Of a stretch of DNA of 64,000 bases, positions 31,391-40,691 are shown one piece after another (within the stretch, counting starts at the first letter, position 1; each line of letters starts with the position of its first letter). The DNA comes from Actinomycetes bacterium (GTDB taxonomy: Bacteria > Actinomycetota > Aquicultoria > UBA3085 > Oleimmundimicrobiaceae): assembly GCA_030614255.1 (NCBI GenBank), contig JAUWKI010000001.1, forward strand, positions 1,603 to 65,602, written 5' to 3'. A model generated the notes under the pieces. That model worked only from the letters and a program-made list of their open reading frames with translations, was not told the origin of the DNA and made no database searches. A program made the position numbers and the translations under genes.

Positions 31391-31666
31391 TTAGTGTTCT
31401 AAACTACTGATTTATTCGGCAAGCAGGCGTCTAAAAATAATCCTTTTACCGGTCTGACAATTTGATTAAAACAAGGCCGCAGTGGGCAAGATACTACTTG
31501 CATCGAGGAGAGGAAAGTTGCTGGCTCTGTGGCCGGTGATAGTTTGTTGAGTTTTTTATAGAAGGACGTTTCTTATGTATATCGAATTATTTCAATCGTG
31601 AGTATATAAGAGTGGCCATTGAGGAGAAGAAGGTTTTAATTTACGAAAGTTTGGATAAGAATAAAT

Positions 31667-32299
31667 ATGCCTGAAAAAACAGATGATCTTTTCAAATTTG
31701 AAAAACGGTTACAAAAAGAGGGTTTTTCGTTAATAGCCGGTGCTGATGAGGTAGGCAGAGGATGTATGGCTGGGCCACTAGTAGCTGCGGCTGTCATACT
31801 GCCAAAAGATATTTGTATCCCGAACTTAAAAGAGAGCAAACAGGTTTCTCCCAAGGAAAGGATTGTATTTTTTAAAAAGATTAAAGAAGTCGCGGTGGCT
31901 GTAAGTATCATCATCATAAAACCAAAAGAGATAGATAAATTAGGCGTTCATAAAGCAAACCTAAAAGCTCTTGGGCAAGCTATTTTGAGTTTAAACCCGC
32001 AGCCTGATTATAGTTTAATCGACAGTTTTTTGCCTCTCGGTTTAAATGGTTCTTTTCTTGCACTTAAGAAAGGGGACCAAAGAAGTTTTTCAATCGCTGC
32101 GGCCTCCATTATTGCGAAGGTCACGAGAGATAAGCTTATGTGCGAGTATCACGAAAAGTATCCGAACTATGGATTCAGAAAACATAAGGGTTATTGCACT
32201 AAAGAACACTTAACAGCCCTAATGAATTACGGGCCATGTGACCTACATCGAAAATCTTTTGCTCCTGTTCGGAGAGCCATTCTTCAACACAGAGCATAA
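31667..32299 (+). CDS. rnhB: ribonuclease HII
   Basis: GADEVGRGCMAGPLV catalytic DE motif; 210 aa. Confidence 0.9.
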   Translation: MPEKTDDLFKFEKRLQKEGFSLIAGADEVGRGCMAGPLVAAAVILPKDICIPNLKESKQVSPKERIVFFKKIKEVAVAVSIIIIKPKEIDKLGVHKANLKALGQAILSLNPQPDYSLIDSFLPLGLNGSFLALKKGDQRSFSIAAASIIAKVTRDKLMCEYHEKYPNYGFRKHKGYCTKEHLTALMNYGPCDLHRKSFAPVRRAILQHRA

Positions 32300-32470
32300 C
32301 GACTTCGGCCGGGGAAGCCAGGCACTGGTCTGATGAAATGCTCTTTGCTCACCGTGTCTGCCGACGGGCCGTGGCCTACCGGCAGGCAGGGGACACTGTT
32401 CCGTTCATCTGGATGTGGCATGAGGGTATTACAGGATTGCTCGTGGAATTTCATAAATAAATTTCAAGGG
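32300..32470 (+). ncRNA. candidate structured GC-rich RNA or repeat element (unclassified) between rnhB and yraN
   Basis: ~170-nt spacer much more GC-rich than its surroundings; 9-bp hairpin tgtctgccg...cggcaggca with ggcc palindromes in the loop; non-coding (only an implausible Cys/Gly-rich 43-aa ORF). Confidence 0.25.
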
Positions 32471-32480
32471 GAGGATTTTA

Positions 32481-32825
32481 TTGGATTCTCTTGGCAATAA
32501 AGGAGAAAAGTTAGCCTGCAGGTATCTTAGACGCAAAGGATATAATATTTTACAACGCAATTACCGTTACAAGATTGGTGAGATAGATATAATTGCTCAG
32601 AAGGGTGAGTTTTTAATCTTTATTGAAGTCAAAACACGTTTGAATAGAGAATTTGGTGAGCCTTTTGAGGCGGTGACTCACTACAAACAAGAACGTTTGC
32701 GGCGCCTGGCTGAAAGCTATATAGTCGATAATCAGGAGCATGAATTAGATTATCGTTTTGATGTAATTTCTATCCTTTACGAAAAGAAGAAACCTATAAT
32801 TAAGCATATTGAAAATGCGTTTTAG
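32481..32825 (+). CDS. yraN: YraN/UPF0102 family endonuclease-like protein
   Basis: 114 aa; GEKLACRYLRRKGYNIL...GEIDIIAQKGEFLIFIEVKTR typical UPF0102. Confidence 0.75.
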   Translation: MDSLGNKGEKLACRYLRRKGYNILQRNYRYKIGEIDIIAQKGEFLIFIEVKTRLNREFGEPFEAVTHYKQERLRRLAESYIVDNQEHELDYRFDVISILYEKKKPIIKHIENAF

Positions 32826-32836
32826 AGAAAGGGGTA

Positions 32837-34381
32837 GTGTTGTTAGCAAAAATTGAGAGTTGTTCAGTTTTAGGAATGGAGGCCGCAGCAGTCAATGTTG
32901 AAGTAGACATTTCAAATGGATTGCCCGCGTTCAGTATCGTTGGATTACCCGATACGGCTATACAAGAGTCACGCGAGAGAGTAAGGTCCGGAATTTCAAA
33001 TTCCGAATTCGAGTTTCCACTGAAAAGAATAACTGTAAATTTGGCTCCAGCTGATATCAGAAAAGAAGGACCATCTTTTGATCTTCCCATCGCATTGGGA
33101 ATTTTATCTGCGACGAAGCAACTTTTATCCGAGAAGTTATCGGATTATTTATTTGTGGGAGAGCTTTCGTTGAGCGGTAAGATAAGGCCCGTAAGCGGTG
33201 TTTTATCGATGGCTCTATGTGCAAAAAAACAAAACAAGAAAGGGTTTATCGTGCCAGAAGGCAATGCGAGCGAAGCTGCCTTGGTCAAAGAATTAGAGAT
33301 AATTCCCGTTTCGTCATTGCGTGAAGTTATTGATTTTTTTTCCGGTAAAAAAGAGATTACTCCTGTAAGCGGGGACATAGAAAAGTTTTTTGAAAATAAT
33401 TTGTATCACGAACTCAACTTTTCTGATATCAAAGGACAAGAACATGCAAAACGGGCTCTAGAAATAGCGGCTGCCGGAGGACATAATGTTTTAATGATCG
33501 GGCCACCAGGTTCAGGTAAAACCATGTTAGCTAAGAGAATGCCTACCATAATGCCAAACATGACTTTTGAAGAAGCCATTGATGTAACTAAAATTTATAG
33601 TATTGCAGGAGCATTGCAATCAAAACAATCCTTAATAGCTACACGTCCCTTTAGAGCACCTCATCATACGATTTCTACAGCGGGTCTGGTTGGGGGAGGA
33701 CAGTATCCTCGTCCAGGAGAGATAAGTTTGAGTCACAATGGAGTTCTGTTTTTGGATGAATTTCCGGAATTTAGCAAAAGTGCTCTCGAAGTTCTTCGTC
33801 AACCCTTGGAGGATGGTGTTGTAACTATTTCACGCGCATTATCCACTTTTACTTTTCCGGCCACTTTTATGTTGGTGACGGCAATGAATCCCTGTCGATG
33901 CGGATATCTAGGGGATAAAGTAAGGGAGTGTACGTGTTTACCTTCTCATATCAGACAGTATAGAGGAAGAATATCGGGGCCACTCATAAATAGGATCGAT
34001 ATTCAAATTGAAGTTCCTCGTCTTACGAAAAACGAGCTCGTTGGTGTCTCAATCGGTGAGTCGTCGGAAAAAATCGGAAAACGAGTTCAAGAAGCACGTG
34101 AACGTCAGCAAAAGAATGCTAAAGGTACAAACATTACTTGCAACGCACAAATGAGCCCTCGCATTATAAAAAAGCGGTGTAAGCTTTCCGACTCAGCACA
34201 GAATCTTTTGGAAAATGCAATCGATAAGTTAAGTTTAAGTGGCAGAGCTTATGATAAAGTTTTAAAAGTGAGCAAGACGATATCAGACCTAGCGGGAAAA
34301 GAATTAATTGAAACCGAACATTTGGCAGAAGCCTTGCAGTATAGATGTCTCGACAACACAACCAACTACTATTGTAGCTAA
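32837..34381 (+). CDS. comM: Mg-chelatase-like AAA+ protein ComM/YifB
   Basis: N-terminal Lon-like domain, GPPGSGKTM Walker A, ChlI-type ATPase; 514 aa. Confidence 0.85.
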   Translation: MLLAKIESCSVLGMEAAAVNVEVDISNGLPAFSIVGLPDTAIQESRERVRSGISNSEFEFPLKRITVNLAPADIRKEGPSFDLPIALGILSATKQLLSEKLSDYLFVGELSLSGKIRPVSGVLSMALCAKKQNKKGFIVPEGNASEAALVKELEIIPVSSLREVIDFFSGKKEITPVSGDIEKFFENNLYHELNFSDIKGQEHAKRALEIAAAGGHNVLMIGPPGSGKTMLAKRMPTIMPNMTFEEAIDVTKIYSIAGALQSKQSLIATRPFRAPHHTISTAGLVGGGQYPRPGEISLSHNGVLFLDEFPEFSKSALEVLRQPLEDGVVTISRALSTFTFPATFMLVTAMNPCRCGYLGDKVRECTCLPSHIRQYRGRISGPLINRIDIQIEVPRLTKNELVGVSIGESSEKIGKRVQEARERQQKNAKGTNITCNAQMSPRIIKKRCKLSDSAQNLLENAIDKLSLSGRAYDKVLKVSKTISDLAGKELIETEHLAEALQYRCLDNTTNYYCS

Positions 34382-34398
34382 TACGAAGGAATAAGAAG

Positions 34399-35475
34399 AT
34401 GGAAAAGAAATATTGGCTGGGATTAAAACTTATCTCTGTGCTAGATTCAAAGATTCTCAAGATTATAGATTATTTCGGAACGGCGGAAGAAGCCTGGGAA
34501 GCTAAGAAAAATGATTTTCTTAAAATAGATGGAGTGAGTCCTAAGCTAATAGGGGAAATAATAAAAAAAAGAGAAGACATCGACCTGGATTTTTGGTGGC
34601 AAAAGTACAAAAGTCTAGAGATCGATGTTGTAACATTTCTTGACAATGACTATCCATCGTTGCTTAAAGAAATTCCCAACCCGCCTCCAGTTCTTTTTTT
34701 TAAAGGTGATTTATTAAAAAGTTATTCTGAAGCCATAGCCATCGTTGGTTCAAGACGCGCTACTGCTTATGGAAGAGCTTTTGCCGAAGAACTGGCATTA
34801 AATCTTTCCAGAGCGGGTGTAACTGTGATAAGCGGAGTTGCAAGAGGTATCGATAGTGCGGCACACAAGGGGGCCTTAGCGGAGAAGGGGAACACAATTG
34901 GTGTATTGGGCTGTGGCCTTGATGTCGTCTATCCACCCGAAAATAAACTACTTTATAGAGCAATTTCCGAGCAGGGAAGCTTGGTTTCAGAATACTTGAT
35001 TAAAACAGAACCTTTTAAGTGGAATTTTCCAGCACGAAATCGAATTATCAGTGGATTGGCAAAAGGCGTAGTTATAGTGGAAGCTTCTGAAAAAAGTGGA
35101 GCTTTAATCACCGCCGATTTTGCATTGGAACAAGGGAGAGAGGTTTTTGCGGTTCCGGGAAATCCGAAAAATAGTTTGAGCAAAGGTCCACACAAACTTC
35201 TAAAGAGCGGGGCATGTCTAATTGAAAATACGGACGATATCTTCGAGGCATTGGGCTTAAATTACACTTCAAATTCTCAAAAAAAGTGTCTGACCAATCT
35301 TACCGAAAAGGAGCTGAAGGTTTTAAATTTTATCAGTTGGGATCTTAAGTATATCGACGAGATAATAAGGGAACTGAGTTTGAGTTCCTCCGAGACGGCA
35401 AGCCTGCTTACCACGCTAGAGATAAAAGGTTTTATTAAACAGGATACCGGGAAGAAATATCTTAGGATTTCGTAA
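34399..35475 (+). CDS. dprA: DNA processing protein DprA (Smf)
   Basis: Rossmann-like SMF core (AIVGSRRATAYG, GVARGIDSAAH); C-terminal winged-helix tail. Confidence 0.85.
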   Translation: MEKKYWLGLKLISVLDSKILKIIDYFGTAEEAWEAKKNDFLKIDGVSPKLIGEIIKKREDIDLDFWWQKYKSLEIDVVTFLDNDYPSLLKEIPNPPPVLFFKGDLLKSYSEAIAIVGSRRATAYGRAFAEELALNLSRAGVTVISGVARGIDSAAHKGALAEKGNTIGVLGCGLDVVYPPENKLLYRAISEQGSLVSEYLIKTEPFKWNFPARNRIISGLAKGVVIVEASEKSGALITADFALEQGREVFAVPGNPKNSLSKGPHKLLKSGACLIENTDDIFEALGLNYTSNSQKKCLTNLTEKELKVLNFISWDLKYIDEIIRELSLSSSETASLLTTLEIKGFIKQDTGKKYLRIS

Positions 35476-35522
35476 GACCAGTTATCTGGTACCTGGCATT
35501 GATTTTGAAGAATTGGAGATTT

Positions 35523-36407
35523 ATGAACAGATTGGTCAATACTTTTTTACAGCATCTTTCTGCAGAAAGAAACATGTCGAGACACACCATAAGGGCCTAT
35601 AAGGGAGACCTCGGCCAATTTGTAATTTATCTGCAAAACAGCGGACTCTTGATTGAGCAAGTTAATTATCTTTGCTTGAGGCGATATTTGGCTTATCTTC
35701 AAACCCTTGGCTATACACGAACGAGCATTGCTCGCAAACTCACGGTCGTTCGCTCTTTTTTTGGATTTCTTCAACGAGAAAGTTTGGTATCTTCAAACCC
35801 AGCACCCTTAATTTCTTATCCAAAACTTGATAAAAGACTTCCAAAATCATTACGCATGGATGTGTTAGAGACCTTTCTAAACGCACCTAATATTAATAAA
35901 ACATTCGGACAAAGAGATAAAGCCATATTGGAAGTTCTCTATGGAACAGGGATAAGAGTGAGTGAGCTAGTCGGGTTAGACGTTGATGATATCGACTTTG
36001 AACAGCAGGAAATTAGGGTGTTCGGCAAGGGAGGAAAAGAAAGAATAGTTCCTATTAATCAGGAGGCATTAAAGTTTATCGGACGTTATCTGGCGAAAGG
36101 AAGAAAAGAGCTTTCTGGGGGCAAAGAAGGGGCGGCCTTATTTTTAAATCGGTCAGGAGAAAGGTTAGCGGACGGGGCGGTAAGACGAATTGTAGAAAAA
36201 TATGTAAAACAAGCTGGGATTGAAATAAGCATAACGCCTCATGTCTTAAGACATACGTTTGCAACACATCTTTTAGAATCTGGTGCCGATTTGCGTTCTA
36301 TTCAAGAACTTTTAGGTCACGTTGATTTATCCTCTACACAAATTTATACTCAATTAAGTAAGACCAAACTAAAAGAGATTTATTTACAAACTCATCCAAG
36401 GGCTTGA
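35523..36407 (+). CDS. xerC: tyrosine site-specific recombinase XerC/XerD family
   Basis: R...HVLRHTFATHLL...LGHVDLSSTQIYTQ catalytic R-H-R-Y constellation; N-terminal core-binding domain. Confidence 0.8.
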   Translation: MNRLVNTFLQHLSAERNMSRHTIRAYKGDLGQFVIYLQNSGLLIEQVNYLCLRRYLAYLQTLGYTRTSIARKLTVVRSFFGFLQRESLVSSNPAPLISYPKLDKRLPKSLRMDVLETFLNAPNINKTFGQRDKAILEVLYGTGIRVSELVGLDVDDIDFEQQEIRVFGKGGKERIVPINQEALKFIGRYLAKGRKELSGGKEGAALFLNRSGERLADGAVRRIVEKYVKQAGIEISITPHVLRHTFATHLLESGADLRSIQELLGHVDLSSTQIYTQLSKTKLKEIYLQTHPRA

Positions 36408-36427
36408 GATCCAACCGGAGGGGTATA

Positions 36428-37219
36428 GTGGAGAAACAAGAAAGTTTTACCGTAGAGAAACTCTGGCTCAAATATCAAAAAGAGAGATCTCGAGACATTA
36501 GAGATAAATTAGTCTTAAATTATGCGCCACTAGTTAAGTACGTTGCCGGGCGAGTTTCCATGAGTCTGCCTCGTAATATCGAGAAAGCCGATCTCATAAG
36601 TTATGGAATGTTTGGACTTATTGATGCCATTGAAAAATTTGACCTTACAAAGAAGATAAAGTTTGAAACATATGCGATTTCTCGGATCAGGGGAGCTATA
36701 ATTGACGAATTGCGCTCAATAGACTGGGTACCCCGCTCGGTACGACGCAAAGAAAAGCAGCTTGAAAGGACATATGTAAAGCTCGAAAATAAATTTAAGC
36801 GCTCTCCAACGGATGAAGAGATTGCGGAAGATATGGAGATTTCAATCGAAGAGCTACAGGGTCTTTACGGTCAGCTGAGTTATACCACGCAAGTTACTCT
36901 TAACGAGTTTTGGAATACCAGTGGAACGAAGAATGACCAGACATGTTTGATTGATACTTTGAAAGATACCAAGAGCGATGAGCCGTCGAAAGCATTTGAG
37001 CTTGAAGAACTCAAACAGTTTTTAGGAGGAACTATAGAGAGTCTACCCAAAAGAGAGAAGATGGTCATAGCGCTCTATTACTACGAGGGACTGACTTTAA
37101 AAGAGATAGGTGAGGTTTTAGGCGTTACAGAGTCTAGGGTTTCCCAACTGCACACAAAGGCTCTGCTACGCTTAAAGGTTCATCTAAGAGAGATGCTATC
37201 CGTTCTGGCCCAAGGTTAA
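36428..37219 (+). CDS. fliA: FliA/WhiG-family (sigma-28-like) RNA polymerase sigma factor
   Basis: Region 2 YAISRIRGAIIDELR; region 4 LYYYEGLTLKEIGEVLGVTESRVSQLHTKAL; GTG start after RBS ccggagggg. Confidence 0.75.
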   Translation: MEKQESFTVEKLWLKYQKERSRDIRDKLVLNYAPLVKYVAGRVSMSLPRNIEKADLISYGMFGLIDAIEKFDLTKKIKFETYAISRIRGAIIDELRSIDWVPRSVRRKEKQLERTYVKLENKFKRSPTDEEIAEDMEISIEELQGLYGQLSYTTQVTLNEFWNTSGTKNDQTCLIDTLKDTKSDEPSKAFELEELKQFLGGTIESLPKREKMVIALYYYEGLTLKEIGEVLGVTESRVSQLHTKALLRLKVHLREMLSVLAQG

Positions 37220-37327
37220 AAAATCAAATTTCACTTCTATACGATTTTATAACTTTTGTGTTTACATATAATCTATGCTTAGCTTGACGTGATATTGAAA
37301 GTTTGGTACGGTTTTTGAGTTTAGAGA

Positions 37328-37432
37328 AACTCTTATTCAGAGAGGTGGAGGGACTGGCCCTGTGAAACCTCGGCAACCTACCCAGATGGGGTGTGGTGCT
37401 AATTCCTGCAGAGGAACCTGGAAGATAAGAGG
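37328..37432 (+). promoter_or_regulatory. SAM-I riboswitch (S-box) leader of metK
   Basis: ctcttattcagagaggtggagggactggccctgtgaaacctcggcaacc ... ggtgctaattcctgcagagg ... gataagag matches the SAM-I consensus, including the P1 helix ctcttat/ataagag. Confidence 0.85.
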
Positions 37433-37470
37433 GCGCTGAAGATTTACGAGATTTATATGAATCGACAAGC

Positions 37471-37507
37471 AAACCCTCTTTTTCAAAAGAAAAAGAGGGT
37501 TTTTAAG
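37471..37507 (+). terminator. riboswitch expression-platform terminator
   Basis: aaaccctcttttt caaaag aaaaagagggttt hairpin followed by tttaag, between the S-box aptamer and the metK RBS. Confidence 0.7.
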
Positions 37508-37542
37508 TAAAAAAATGAGTGGCAATCTAAGGAGGGTTTTAA

Positions 37543-38745
37543 TTGGGAAAAAGACATTATTTATTTACATCGGAATCGGTAACGGAAGGGCATCCCGATA
37601 AATTAGCAGATCAAATATCGGATGCTATCCTCGACGCTATTATTGCCACAGACCCGATGGCCAGGGTGGCTTGTGAGACGTTTTTGACCACTGGTTTAGT
37701 TGTTGTTGGAGGAGAAATCACGACAAGAACTTATGTAGAAATTCCAGAAATAGCTAGACGCACGATAAAAGATATAGGTTATACGAGAGCAAAGTATGGA
37801 TTTGATGGTGATACTTGTGGGGTATTAGTGGCAATTGACCCGCAATCTCCGGACATTGCTCAGGGAGTTAATTCTGCCTACGAAAAGAGGGTTGGTGAAA
37901 TCAACGAGAATGAACTCAATAAAATTGGAGCTGGAGATCAAGGCATGATGGTTGGTTACGCATGTACAGAGACACCAGAACTTATGCCCATGCCGATTAT
38001 GCTTGCCCACAAATTGGCGCAGAGGTTAGCTGAGGTCAGAAAGACCAAAATACTTCCCTACTTAAGGCCAGACGGAAAGACTCAGGTAACTATGGAATAT
38101 GAGAATGGAAAACCTGTAGCGATAAATACAATAGTTATTGCTGCACAACATACCCCTGATGTCAAAGTGGACACTGTTTTGAAGCCAGACTTGATTGACC
38201 ATGTTTTGAAACCGATTTTGCCGAAAGAGTATATTGATTATGATAATGTTAAAATTCTAGTTAATCCCACCGGAAAGTTTGTTTTAGGTGGGCCGTCTGC
38301 AGATACTGGATTGACGGGAAGAAAAATTATAGTGGATACATACGGTGGAGCAGCTAGGACAGGAGGAGGATGTTTTTCAGGTAAAGATCCGACCAAGGTA
38401 GATAGATCGGGTCATTATATCGCTCGCTATATCGCAAAAAATGTAGTAGCAGCGGGATTAGCTGACAAGTGTGAAGTACAATTAGCGTATGCTATCGGGG
38501 TTGCTCATCCGGTGTCGGTTATGGCCGAGTGTTTTGGGACGGCAAAAATTGATCCCAATAAGATAGAAAAGATGATAATTGAATATTTTGACTGTCGGCC
38601 AGCCGCAATAATTAAGAAACTTAACCTAAGAAGACCGATTTACAAGAAAACAGCTTGCTATGGTCACTTTGGTCGTAATGATAAAGAATTCACATGGGAA
38701 AAAACGGATATGGCAGATGTTTTAAGAAGGGAAGCCAATCTTTAA
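37543..38745 (+). CDS. metK: S-adenosylmethionine synthetase
   Basis: [10 protein letters not shown]; [12 protein letters not shown]; 400 aa; TTG start after RBS aaggaggg. Confidence 0.95.
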   Translation: MGKRHYLFTSESVTEGHPDKLADQISDAILDAIIATDPMARVACETFLTTGLVVVGGEITTRTYVEIPEIARRTIKDIGYTRAKYGFDGDTCGVLVAIDPQSPDIAQGVNSAYEKRVGEINENELNKIGAGDQGMMVGYACTETPELMPMPIMLAHKLAQRLAEVRKTKILPYLRPDGKTQVTMEYENGKPVAINTIVIAAQHTPDVKVDTVLKPDLIDHVLKPILPKEYIDYDNVKILVNPTGKFVLGGPSADTGLTGRKIIVDTYGGAARTGGGCFSGKDPTKVDRSGHYIARYIAKNVVAAGLADKCEVQLAYAIGVAHPVSVMAECFGTAKIDPNKIEKMIIEYFDCRPAAIIKKLNLRRPIYKKTACYGHFGRNDKEFTWEKTDMADVLRREANL

Positions 38746-38843
38746 TATGAGACGGTCCAATGTAGAGCATCTGGGGATTACGTTGGGTCTTAAAACTCTT
38801 AGTTTTAAATCTATTTCGGTCTGTTAATATAAGTTCTAGAAAC

Positions 38844-39776
38844 ATGATGAAATTTAACTCTTTTAAACCGTGTTACATAAATTTATACAAGAGCGGAAAC
38901 CTCAGGAGTCGAATAAAAAATGCATTCAGCCTATTAGAATCTTGCCGAATTTGTCCGCGGAATTGTGGTGTTGACCGGTTGACCGGCGAAAAAGGTTTCT
39001 GTGGGGCAAGGGAATTTCTTGAGGTTTCAGCCTTTCACCCACATTTTGGTGAAGAAGGACCCTTGGTGGGAGCTCGTGGTTCAGGAACGATATTCTTAAC
39101 TCATTGCAATTTGAAGTGTGTATTTTGTCAAAATTATCCCATAAGCCATCTTGGCGAAGGGAAAAAAGTTTCCGGAAGAGATCTTGCTAACATAATGTTG
39201 AATCTGCAAAGCTTAGGCTGTCATAATATAAATTTTGTAACGCCAACTCATTATGTCCCACAGATTATTGCTTCTCTGCCACATGCCATTAAAAATGGTT
39301 TGAATATTCCTCTTGTATACAATTGTGGAGGATATGAGTCGATTGAAATCCTGAAAATACTCGAAGATATATTCGATATATACATGCCGGATTTTAAATT
39401 CGCAAATCCCGATATTGCAAAGAAGTTTTCAAAAGCTTACGATTATCCAAAAGTAGCAAAAGCGGCGATTCTTGAAATGTATCGACAGGTAGGAGACTTA
39501 GTTGTTGACGAAAGAGGAACCGCCAGGAGAGGGCTTATCGTTCGTCATCTTGTTTTACCAAATAAAATGGCTGGCACCGAAGAAGTGGTAAAATTTATAT
39601 CTGAAAAAGTTTCGACCAATACCTACGTAAACATAATGAGCCAATATTATCCTTGTCAGGAGGATTTTGAATATCCAGCCCTGAATAGGAGGGTAACACC
39701 AGATGAGTACCAACGGGCTTTGAAGAATGCTCTTGATATGGGTTTAAAGAGAATTGACGGTTTGCCCGCTAAGTAA
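38844..39776 (+). CDS. PflX-like radical SAM protein (pyruvate-formate-lyase-activating-enzyme homolog, function unknown)
   Basis: CNLKCVFCQN CxxxCxxC radical SAM motif plus N-terminal CRICPRNCGV...GFCG extra Cys cluster; 310 aa. Confidence 0.7.
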   Translation: MMKFNSFKPCYINLYKSGNLRSRIKNAFSLLESCRICPRNCGVDRLTGEKGFCGAREFLEVSAFHPHFGEEGPLVGARGSGTIFLTHCNLKCVFCQNYPISHLGEGKKVSGRDLANIMLNLQSLGCHNINFVTPTHYVPQIIASLPHAIKNGLNIPLVYNCGGYESIEILKILEDIFDIYMPDFKFANPDIAKKFSKAYDYPKVAKAAILEMYRQVGDLVVDERGTARRGLIVRHLVLPNKMAGTEEVVKFISEKVSTNTYVNIMSQYYPCQEDFEYPALNRRVTPDEYQRALKNALDMGLKRIDGLPAK

Positions 39777-39854
39777 TGGGAATATATGCTTTATTAGGTT
39801 TGTGTTTGATAGTAAACTTGATATAAGAGCTTGGAAAAGTGAAAGGAGTGGCGA

Positions 39855-40200
39855 AGTGGTTGAGGAGAAGAAATCAGAGAAAATTATGAAAAACTTGAAA
39901 AAAGGAGAAAGCACAATTCCTGCTAGCAGGCGGCAAAATTTTTTCGAGCGCGAGAAACAGGAGCTCACTCAGTTAAAAAAGATGGCAAATGTTTCCAAAA
40001 AGATTGCAGGGGAAAGTTTTAGAATTGAAAGAACAGCCGAAAAAATGTATGCGCGTTTGAAAAAATATTACAAAAATCGGGGGAAAGTACTTATAAAGTT
40101 AAACCACAAAGAGCTCAAAATTCTCTTAAGAAATTTAAACGACTCAAACCTCGAGGAATGTAGAAGTCTAGCATCAATAATTGAGATTGAGGCCAAGTAA
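39855..40200 (+). CDS. hypothetical Lys/Glu-rich small protein
   Basis: ORF 39754..40200 overlaps the pflX end; plausible GTG start at 39855 after RBS aaaggag; no recognisable domain. Confidence 0.4.
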
Positions 40201-40277
40201 GTCTGATAAAATATTGACGTCTTTTTTTCATCGAAGTATTATTTTCTCAGAGTTGAAACTTTTTAAGGAGGTTTTAA

Positions 40278-40682
40278 ATGAATATCGCAGAAGAGCTTTT
40301 GGGTTCAAAAGCTCGAGCTAAATTGCTTGAGGTTATATTTTTAAATCCAGAAACTCAATATTATGGCAGACTATTACAGAAAATCACGGGTTTAGACCAT
40401 AAAGCGATATGGAGAGAGTTAAATTTACTTGAGAAAATTGGTGTCTTAAAATCAGAGAACGATGGTAGGTTGAAGAGATATAGAATCGTTCCCTTCTACG
40501 GTTCAGAGGATCTTGCAAATTTTATTCTAAAGACAAGTGGTAAATCAAGCGTAACGAAGAAACGTTTATGGGGCAAAAAGAGAACAAATAAAGAAAAGGG
40601 CAAAGTTCAAAGATATGAAAAGTTGTTTGAAGAAGCAAAGCAATTGATATTGGAATTAGATAAGGGCGAATCGAAAGATTAG
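40278..40682 (+). CDS. putative winged-helix DNA-binding protein
   Basis: 134 aa; the N-terminal ~80 aa looks like a winged HTH (ARAKLLEVIF...YGRLLQKITGLDHKAIWRELNLLEKIGVL); Lys-rich tail; RBS aaggagg. Confidence 0.5.
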   Translation: MNIAEELLGSKARAKLLEVIFLNPETQYYGRLLQKITGLDHKAIWRELNLLEKIGVLKSENDGRLKRYRIVPFYGSEDLANFILKTSGKSSVTKKRLWGKKRTNKEKGKVQRYEKLFEEAKQLILELDKGESKD

Positions 40683-40691
40683 GAGAGTTAT

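Noticed and set aside
32333-32464. 43-aa Cys/Gly/Pro-rich ORF (MKCSLLTVSADGPWPTGRQG...) in the GC-rich rnhB-yraN spacer
   Set aside because: Its composition merely reflects the GC-rich structured sequence and it has no RBS. An RNA or repeat element explains it better than a peptide.
35523-36407. Tyrosine recombinase as a possible integrase of a mobile element or prophage
   Set aside because: It is XerC/XerD-like in length and motifs and sits in the conserved comM-dprA-xerC housekeeping context. There are no flanking direct repeats, tRNA, phage or transposase genes nearby.
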